A stretch of 64,000 nucleotides of DNA, taken from contig JAXLTW010000001.1 of assembly GCA_046329865.1 (NCBI GenBank), forward strand, positions 129,494-193,493, written 5' to 3'. Source of the DNA: Chitinophagales bacterium. Lineage in GTDB: Bacteria; Bacteroidota; Bacteroidia; Chitinophagales; JADIYW01. The position numbers and the translations under genes are program-made. The notes beneath the pieces were generated by a model. That model did not search any database and was not told the DNA's origin. It saw nothing but the letters and a program-made list of their open reading frames with translations. This document shows positions 1 through 6,431 of the stretch, one piece after another. The number at the start of each line of letters is the position of its first letter. Position 1 is the first letter of the stretch.

Positions 1-11
1 TATCTCATAAA

Positions 12-977
12 TTATTCTTGTGTAATTTCATTAAAGACACTATCGTTCAAAAGGTAACTACTAGTATTTGATGCATTTTCAACATAAAATCTGTTCTGCT
101 CTAAAATAGCGTGTAATTTTTTTAAATTATAAAACGGAACACTGGGAAAAAGATGATGGTCTAAATGATAATTAGCATTATGCTGAACTAAAAAAAATTG
201 TTCGAATACATTAGCGGTTACATTACGTGCATTATTTAATTCATGCTTCCATGATAAACCAAAATGTTCTGCAATACCACGGAGCCTTAACAAAAATGGC
301 AGGACAGTAAATGCAGGCACAATCCAATATAATAAGTAAATCTTCCAACTGTGACTTAATGTTATAATAGTGTAAAGAATTGCATAATAAAAAACTCGTA
401 ATAATTTATAATATTTTGACACATCAGATTCTGTAGTAACAGACTTATTTTTTGCACCAAAGCGATAAATCTTTTTTAAAAAGTCAAAACTTTTAAGGCC
501 AAACAGGTGCTTGACATATAAAAGCAAAACTTCTCTTTTCTGCTTTGGAAACTCCCATTCTTCCAATCCTTTTTTTAGCATCCAATCAGGATCTTTTTCG
601 GTATTTAGATACTTATGATGGGCAAGATGGGAATCCCTGTACTTATTAGTTGTGACAAACAAAGGAAACGCACAAAAAAAATCTGACAAGAATTGATTTA
701 TATTTTTGTTATTTGTTAGCCTGTAATGGGCGGCTTCATGCATTAATAATAGTAAGGCATGTTGCCTGGAACCGATAATAAATATGGAAATGATTGTAAG
801 TAAGATATTAGAAATTGATACAGCAATGATTATTGTTGCTGCAATGATTAGCCAATCTGATAAAATTGCAAAAACGGACTTGTATGAATTTAATGTTGAA
901 AGTTTCTTCACCTCCCGAAGAATTTTCACCTTTTCTTCTTGAGATATATTTTGTTCAAAAGTAGAAATTATTTCCAT
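12..977 (-). CDS. membrane fatty-acid desaturase family protein (histidine-box di-iron enzyme)
   Basis: 321-aa ORF with three histidine boxes (HEAAHYR, HLAHHKY, HLDHH) and hydrophobic N-terminal segments. Only a 9-nt gap to the upstream same-strand ORF. Confidence 0.8.
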   Translation of the reverse strand: MEIISTFEQNISQEEKVKILREVKKLSTLNSYKSVFAILSDWLIIAATIIIAVSISNILLTIISIFIIGSRQHALLLLMHEAAHYRLTNNKNINQFLSDFFCAFPLFVTTNKYRDSHLAHHKYLNTEKDPDWMLKKGLEEWEFPKQKREVLLLYVKHLFGLKSFDFLKKIYRFGAKNKSVTTESDVSKYYKLLRVFYYAILYTIITLSHSWKIYLLYWIVPAFTVLPFLLRLRGIAEHFGLSWKHELNNARNVTANVFEQFFLVQHNANYHLDHHLFPSVPFYNLKKLHAILEQNRFYVENASNTSSYLLNDSVFNEITQE

Positions 978-986
978 TCTGCTAAT

Positions 987-1704
987 TTATACTAATGAAT
1001 AATCAATAGCTGCATGATTATACATTGCCTTATACAGCTCTACTGTACATTTTGCGGCATATTCACACCATGCCCAATCGTATCCGGAGAGAGGTGCATT
1101 TTCTAAAATATCTAAAATATCATGGCTGTGTCCCTGGTCAAGTTCCCCGTGTAAAATAAAGAAGCTCATTTGTTCCTTATTTAAACCAAGAAGTTGTGCT
1201 GCTTTATTTCCATATTGAACTCCCAATTCTCCACTAACGCCTTCCAGTATATAACCCATTGCCAATCTTGCCACAGGTTGTTTGTGTGCGAGATACATGG
1301 CAAATGACAGATAAGCCTGTGTTGGGATTTGCGGAAATAATATGCGGGGATCAGACCCTTTATATCCTGTGTCGTAAAGGTTTTGAATAATCCATTTCCA
1401 GTGGTCTTGTTCTTCTTCGGCGTGATGAAAGAAATATTCTCTGACTTTAAAAAAGCGGCTGTCTATGTTTACCCCCCCCCCACGCAAAAGAGGAACTGCC
1501 CATATATACCTGATGGAATAATGTGTGAAGCAGGTTATGAAAATGTATAGTCTTAAACTCTTCGGAGTCAATTAATTGAATTATGGAATTACTGTCAGTA
1601 AAAGACTTAAGACAATTGTCAGCTGTATGTTTAAATTGCAGGAAATTACTTTCCGGGTATTGCAAAATAGTTTGTTCAACCTGAGTATAGGTCAAAGTTT
1701 CCAT
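987..1704 (-). pseudogene. heme-oxygenase-like / iron-containing redox enzyme family protein, split by a frameshift in a G10 tract
   Basis: The 85-aa ORF (1447-1704) and the 194-aa ORF (987-1571) overlap in different frames. They join as ...SSSFAWGGG|VNIDSRFFKVREYFFHHAEEEQDHW... if the homopolymer at 1472-1481 is 11 or 8 nt long instead of 10. The helical, His/Glu-rich composition is typical of the HO-like di-iron fold. Confidence 0.6.
1472..1481. repeat. C10 (G10 on the coding strand) homopolymer tract at the frameshift site
   Basis: Read directly: tttaccccccccccacgc. It encodes GGG-GGG-GGG glycines in an otherwise AT-rich gene. Confidence 0.95.
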
Positions 1705-1795
1705 AGAATTAAATGATTTGTAAATCGAATATAATAAATTATTTCTTTTGAAGCAACATGCATGAAGTTAAATTTTATATTGCAGCCTTATTTCC

Positions 1796-1902
1796 CCTTG
1801 CCTTTGTTGGCTTGTAGCCAACAAACAACCATACCGTTGATATCCGGATATTTAAACTTTACAGACAGTAGTTTGTTGGTTGAAAACCAACAAAGGCGCA
1901 AG
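1796..1902. repeat. 107-bp direct repeat, copy A, containing two 10-bp hairpins
   Basis: Aligns by eye with 2602-2707 with only a few mismatches and one 1-nt indel. Hairpins are TTTGTTGGCT-tgt-AGCCAACAAA (1803-1825) and TTTGTTGGTT-gaa-AACCAACAAA (1872-1894). Confidence 0.9.
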
Positions 1903-1930
1903 TTTGCAACGCGTTAGCTGCCGTTTATTA
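1901..1930. repeat. inverted-repeat terminus abutting copy A (AGTTTGCAACGCGTTAGCTGCCGTTTATTA)
   Basis: Its reverse complement matches 2562-2599 (TAATAAACGtCAGCTAACaCG...GTTGCGCAAC). The pair brackets the toxin-antitoxin cassette. Confidence 0.75.
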
Positions 1931-2004
1931 GGGTAAGATTTTCACAATATAAATTTGGAAATTTAAATAGTATGTAATAACTTTGTAATAACTTTAATAT
2001 AAGT

Positions 2005-2250
2005 ATGGACATTGCATTAATATCAATTGGGAACTCAAAGGGCATCAGACTTTCAAAGACCATTCTCGAAAAATATAATATTCAAGACACAATTGAATTG
2101 ATTCTTGAAAAAGGATATATCATTTTAAAACCCAAGTCAAAAGCACGAGAAGGCTGGGATAAAGCATTTAAGAAAATGCACGAAAATGGCGATGACAAAC
2201 TAATCGTATCCGATATTTTCAAAGAAGAAGAATTCGAAGAATGGAATTAA
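2005..2250 (+). CDS. AbrB/MazE/SpoVT-family antitoxin
   Basis: 81 aa. The N-terminal swapped-hairpin-like segment IGNSKGIRLSKTILEKYNI and acidic C-terminus are typical. It overlaps the downstream toxin gene by 10 nt. Confidence 0.75.
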   Translation: MDIALISIGNSKGIRLSKTILEKYNIQDTIELILEKGYIILKPKSKAREGWDKAFKKMHENGDDKLIVSDIFKEEEFEEWN

Positions 2251-2564
2251 AGCAATATCAAATTGTCCTGGTTAATCTGGATCCGACAATTGGAAGTGAA
2301 ATGAAAAAGACTCGTCCATGTATAATTATTTCTCCAGATGAAATGAATAAATATTTGCAGACAATAGTTATTGCCCCAATGACAACTAACTCTAAAAGTT
2401 ATCCAACCCGAGTTGCGGTTAAACACGGTCGGACAAAAGGCTGGGTAGTGCTCGATCAAATAAGAACAATAGACAGACAACGTATAGTGAAAATTCTCGG
2501 CAATTTAACCGAAAAAGAAATTTATAATATCAAAAGTATTATTCATGAAACCTATGTTGCATAA
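2241..2564 (+). CDS. PemK/MazF-family type II toxin (mRNA interferase)
   Basis: 107 aa. Signature-like segments are IVLVNLDPTIGSEMKKTRPCIIISPDEMN and VVLDQIRTIDRQRI. Translationally coupled to the antitoxin. Confidence 0.85.
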   Translation: MELKQYQIVLVNLDPTIGSEMKKTRPCIIISPDEMNKYLQTIVIAPMTTNSKSYPTRVAVKHGRTKGWVVLDQIRTIDRQRIVKILGNLTEKEIYNIKSIIHETYVA

Positions 2565-2599
2565 TAAACGTCAGCTAACACGGTAGCCGTTGCGCAACT
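2562..2599. repeat. inverted-repeat terminus preceding copy B, overlapping the toxin stop codon
   Basis: TAATAAACGTCAGCTAACACGGTAGCCGTTGCGCAACT is the inverse partner of 1901-1930. It contains CTAAC, and the partner contains GTTAG. Confidence 0.75.
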
Positions 2600-2601
2600 A
2601 G

Positions 2602-2707
2602 CCTTGCCTTTGTTGGCTTGTAGCCAACAAACAACCATACCGTTGATATTCGGATATTCATACTTTACAGGCAGTGTATGTTGGTTGAAAACCAACAAAA
2701 ACGCAAG
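2602..2707. repeat. 106-bp direct repeat, copy B
   Basis: Same order and orientation as 1796-1902, with the same two hairpins. Confidence 0.9.
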
Positions 2708-2733
2708 GAACGCAATCCGTTTCTCCTTGTACC

Positions 2734-2859
2734 CTGTCATTTCGACGAGGAACGAGGACCTGTCTGCCCCGCTTGCGGCAGGCAGAGAAATCCTGCTATG
2801 GTTACAGAAAAATATCTGCCAGAAAAAGACAATATTTCTCTCGTTGTTCGAGATGACAG
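2734..2859. repeat. palindromic element of the GTCATTTCGA...GAGAAATC family (two inverted arms, internal GC hairpin)
   Basis: The left arm is CTGTCATTTCGACGAGGAACGAGG. The right arm in reverse complement is CTGTCATCTCGAACAACGAGAGAAAT. Related arms occur at 44102, 44158, 56154, 56187 and 57445. Confidence 0.8.
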
Positions 2860-3074
2860 TTGCCAATAAAAAAATAAACCGCTTCACCTTGCACGCTGTC
2901 AATATAGGAACGAAGCACTCTTTTTATCGATAATGCATTTCTTTCTTCTGTTTTTATACTCCCGATCCTTCGGGTAAAATTTTTTTACTTCTTTTTATGG
3001 AATTTATACGGTTCGTGTCTCTCAATGACTGAGATCAATAAAACAGTATCATTAATCATTTAAAAAGTAACCTT

Positions 3075-3482
3075 ATGAAAAGCATTATCCGTACCATGAC
3101 AGCGATTATTTTGACAACATTGACCTGCACAGCTTCTTATGGCAAAACAACAGCTATGACCACAGACCGGTATCATCTGCTGTTTAATAAAATAGACTAC
3201 AGCATTGTCGGCACCTGGGAAATGAATGGAGTCAATCAGCCCGGCCAACAGCCCGTATTCTGCCAGTTCAATGCCAATGGCACCTTCATTTCCTTTACCT
3301 GCACGCAGGGAGTTTACCATATAACCGGCAGGGGAAAATGGCAGACAAAAGACCGCGTTATCTATATCATTCACGGAGAGGAAAAGTCTGTTCCAATCTT
3401 GTATGAGGCAGAGGAGAACCGGTTGGTTTTCGGGAATCAGGTAACATACACCAAACATAACCCCGTATATGCCAGCCGTTAA
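3075..3482 (+). CDS. small secreted protein, lipocalin-like (hypothetical)
   Basis: 135 aa with an N-terminal signal-like segment (MKSIIRTMTAIILTTLTCTASYG) and a GTWEM motif. Preferred over the antisense 154-aa ORF, which looks non-protein-like. Confidence 0.5.
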   Translation: MKSIIRTMTAIILTTLTCTASYGKTTAMTTDRYHLLFNKIDYSIVGTWEMNGVNQPGQQPVFCQFNANGTFISFTCTQGVYHITGRGKWQTKDRVIYIIHGEEKSVPILYEAEENRLVFGNQVTYTKHNPVYASR

Positions 3483-3628
3483 ACAGAAAAGGATGTCCCA
3501 TTCATTATATTTTATGCGCTTCAATCATTAGATTTGAGTATGAAATGAGCAGGAGTGAATTTGCACACTAAACGAAATGTTTAATAGGCGAATTCCATCT
3601 GCACCGCTAAAAACAATAAAATAAACAG

Positions 3629-4924
3629 ATGAAAAGATATACTCCTTTTATACTCCTTTTCCCGGCAGTGTTCATCATCCTTTCCTGTAAGAAAGAAAAT
3701 ACCCCCGTCAGGGATGCCATTCTTCCCATTGTCTTTGTACATGGCTATTCCGGCAGCGGGGATTCCTATACCAAAATGATCGGGTATTTCCGGGCGAACG
3801 GGTATCCTGCCAATAAATTATATACCTATGACTGGAATACGCTCGACCTGCAGAGTGCACCCAAAAATACCAAGCCGCTGAATGACTTTATACAGGAGGT
3901 GCTCCGGAAAACCGGATACGATAAAGTGAACCTGGTAGGCCATTCGCTGGGCGGCTCACTCACCTTTAACTATTGCAGCAACACAGCATATGCCGGCTCC
4001 GTAAACCGGCTGGCATGGCTGGCACCTTATCTGAAAGACAGAACCAAAATACCGGATTCGGCGATTGCCACGCTGAACCTGCGCAGCAATGCGGACTATG
4101 TGGTAACGGATACCAGTACGATTCCCTTTGCGGTGAACAAAGTTATCCCGGATGTGGATCACAATGAAATTGCTTCCTGCAAAGAATCATTTGTGGAGCT
4201 GTTCAAGTTCTTTAATGACGGCAAGGAACCGGTGACTACTGTTCCTGAAGACGACGTTATTCTGATTTCCGGTAAAGTGGTCAGTTTCCTGGAAAATGCC
4301 GTAAGCTCCGGCAATACCATTGACATTTATGATGTCAGCGCCACCGACGGAACACGACTGTCAACAACGCCTGTCAGTACGCTACACACAGATGCCAAAG
4401 GATATTATCCCGAATTTGCCGCAAAGAAAAACACCTACTACGAGTTCGAGGTTTCGACCGGCAGGGCTGCCGACCGGCCGGTTCACTTTTATTTTGAGCC
4501 GTTCAAAAATTCCAGTCATGTGATTTATCTGCGCACGTTCCCGCCACAAAGCAGTTTCCTGAATCTGGGATTCAACGCCCTTATTCCATTCAGTGAGACG
4601 CAAGGTGTTTCCATCTTTTTTTCCGTTTCCAAAGCACTCTTACTGGGCAAAGATGCCCTGACCATAAACGGATATGATTGCGTCACTGCCGACTTCTCAC
4701 AAAAAGAAATGAATACGCTGGCGTACTTTATGTATGACGAAAACAAAAATAACGTCTCTGATCATTCATCAGTTGCGCTATTCAGTAGTGCCACCACCTT
4801 CAAGGGTATCGATTTTGCGCTACCGATAAACGGATTCTCCACCTATAATTACAACGGAAGGATACTGCATACCCCTAACTGGCCATCTTCCTCAGACGGG
4901 TTGAGTGTTGCACTATTTTATTAA
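3629..4924 (+). CDS. lipoprotein alpha/beta-hydrolase (lipase/esterase) with a C-terminal domain of unknown function
   Basis: 431 aa. Lipobox-like FIILSC. Nucleophile elbow GHSLGG follows VFVHGYSGSGDSY. The C-terminal ~230 aa are beta-rich and unassigned. Confidence 0.75.
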   Translation: MKRYTPFILLFPAVFIILSCKKENTPVRDAILPIVFVHGYSGSGDSYTKMIGYFRANGYPANKLYTYDWNTLDLQSAPKNTKPLNDFIQEVLRKTGYDKVNLVGHSLGGSLTFNYCSNTAYAGSVNRLAWLAPYLKDRTKIPDSAIATLNLRSNADYVVTDTSTIPFAVNKVIPDVDHNEIASCKESFVELFKFFNDGKEPVTTVPEDDVILISGKVVSFLENAVSSGNTIDIYDVSATDGTRLSTTPVSTLHTDAKGYYPEFAAKKNTYYEFEVSTGRAADRPVHFYFEPFKNSSHVIYLRTFPPQSSFLNLGFNALIPFSETQGVSIFFSVSKALLLGKDALTINGYDCVTADFSQKEMNTLAYFMYDENKNNVSDHSSVALFSSATTFKGIDFALPINGFSTYNYNGRILHTPNWPSSSDGLSVALFY

Positions 4925-5007
4925 AACTCGGTTGTGTTGGGGCAATCTTCTCCATCCTACCCAACAGGAAGGAACCAAAATTTAACTTTTTTAGTTATTT
5001 TTAAACT

Positions 5008-5226
5008 ATGAAGAAAATAACCATCACGGTTCCGGACGACAAGGTAGAGGAAGTAGAAGCCTATATCCGTCAGATTATCCAGCAACTGAATATTTCCATT
5101 CTTAAAGAGGAAGAGAAACTGAAAGTGGAAGAATGGCAGCGGGACGAAATTGTTAAAGACCCTTCCACTTCCGGATATATCAGCAGTGATGAGCTGGAAA
5201 AAACGTCCTTTAGCCGAGAGAAATAA
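5008..5226 (+). CDS. small hypothetical protein, possibly antitoxin-like
   Basis: 72 aa. The MKKITITVPDDKVEEVEAYIRQ pattern and acidic tail resemble small Bacteroidota antitoxin-type proteins. No partner gene follows. Confidence 0.4.
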   Translation: MKKITITVPDDKVEEVEAYIRQIIQQLNISILKEEEKLKVEEWQRDEIVKDPSTSGYISSDELEKTSFSREK

Positions 5227-5230
5227 ATGG

Positions 5231-5253
5231 CACGCAAAGTCGCAAAGTATGCG
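5231..5253. repeat. CGCAAAG short-repeat cluster
   Basis: CACGCAAAGTCGCAAAGTATGCG. A related cluster lies at 5792-5817, and CGCAAG motifs sit at the ends of the 107-bp repeats. Confidence 0.7.
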
Positions 5254-5347
5254 GGATAAATTTAAAGTGACAGGCAAATTCCTGCCGCATTAATGTTGAA
5301 TCTAGTACTAGGCAAAATGTCATTGCTCCTGCCGTTCGAAATGATGG

Positions 5348-5767
5348 CTACAACAACGCCAGACTTTCCTCTTCCATCCGCCGCATTTCTGCCGCGTCTT
5401 TTTTGGTTTTGTCTTTGTATCCGCACAGATGCAGCAGGCCATGTGCCAGCACACGATGCAACTCATTCTCGAATGAAACCTTAAATTTCCGGGCGTTTTC
5501 TTCCACCCGCTCCAGTGATATAAAAATATCTCCTTCTATCCGGCCTTTCGTACCGGAGTGGTCGAATGTGATGATATCCGTATAGGTGTCGTGATTCAGG
5601 TAATCGATATTGAGTTTCAGCAATTCCTCATCCGTCTGGAAAATATAATTCAGCTCCTTGATGGCATAATTTTCTTTTGCGGCGATGGCCTTCAACCAAA
5701 GTTTTATTCTGGTAGATGTAAAAAAATGGGGCTTAGCGATCGTATTGAAATGAAATGAAATTGCCAT
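5348..5767 (-). CDS. ybeY: rRNA maturation RNase YbeY
   Basis: Carries the HGLLHLCGYKD zinc-binding motif and TDIITFD. I place the start at MAISFHF (ATG 5767), because the longer track ORF extends into a repeat. Confidence 0.9.
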   Translation of the reverse strand: MAISFHFNTIAKPHFFTSTRIKLWLKAIAAKENYAIKELNYIFQTDEELLKLNIDYLNHDTYTDIITFDHSGTKGRIEGDIFISLERVEENARKFKVSFENELHRVLAHGLLHLCGYKDKTKKDAAEMRRMEEESLALL

Positions 5768-5791
5768 TGCCGTAAAAATGCGATTTTTTTT

Positions 5792-5817
5792 CACGCAAAG
5801 GCGCAAAGAGCGCAAAG
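5792..5817. repeat. CGCAAAG short-repeat cluster (three tandem units)
   Basis: CACGCAAAGGCGCAAAGAGCGCAAAG, directly upstream of ybeY. Confidence 0.7.
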
Positions 5818-5919
5818 TTTTTTTGTCAACCGTTGATGAACCGGACTTTTGTTATTTTTTTGAGAGGATGCTGAATTTATCTTTATCCAAGGAATCGCTG
5901 AAATCACAGTACCGTCCTA

Positions 5920-6324
5920 TTACGACAAGAAGAATTTCATTTCGACGCAGGTGCCGCCTTCCCGGAAGCGCACTTCATCGGCGAGTTTACGCATCAGAAA
6001 TACACCCCTGCCATCGGGCTGTTCACGAAACTCGGGCGTGGTAGGATCCGGCAGCCCGTCAGGATTAAACCCTTTGCCCTGGTCACGGACAAAAACATTA
6101 AAGAACCGTTCGCATCTATAGGCTTCAATCTTCACTTCTTTCTTTTCGTCCAGATTGTTACCATGTTCGATCGCATTAGTGACCGCCTCCACAGATGCCA
6201 GCAGCATATTGCCGTACTGCCGCTCACTGATCTGAAACTGATCTCTCAACGACTCAATCAGGGTTTCTACTTTTGCGATATTTTCCAGACGGGAAGAGAT
6301 TTTCAATTTTACTACTTCTTGCAT
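5920..6324 (-). CDS. HATPase_c-type ATP-binding protein (RsbW/SpoIIAB-like anti-sigma regulatory kinase fold)
   Basis: 134 aa with N-box-like EAVTNAIEHG and G-box-like DQGKGF and GRGVFLM. Confidence 0.7.
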   Translation of the reverse strand: MQEVVKLKISSRLENIAKVETLIESLRDQFQISERQYGNMLLASVEAVTNAIEHGNNLDEKKEVKIEAYRCERFFNVFVRDQGKGFNPDGLPDPTTPEFREQPDGRGVFLMRKLADEVRFREGGTCVEMKFFLS

Positions 6325-6431
6325 ACAGATAGAATTAAACTATGATTAATTCAACGTGGGATTTGTGTTTTAAGACATAGAGAAATGGCCTGACTCTGGC
6401 AGACATTGAATATATACGTAAGATTAATCAA

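Noticed and set aside
1796-2707. CRISPR array or IS element as the explanation for the 107-bp repeats
   Set aside because: There are only two copies, 700 bp apart, enclosing a complete TA operon. The repeats are too long and too few for CRISPR. There is no transposase ORF and no cas genes in the window.
2552-2933. ORFs 2552-2902 (-), 2604-2933 (+) and 2678-2869 (+)
   Set aside because: They lie entirely within the direct-repeat and palindromic-element region. Their translations are repeat read-throughs, and the mutually overlapping frames on both strands argue against coding.
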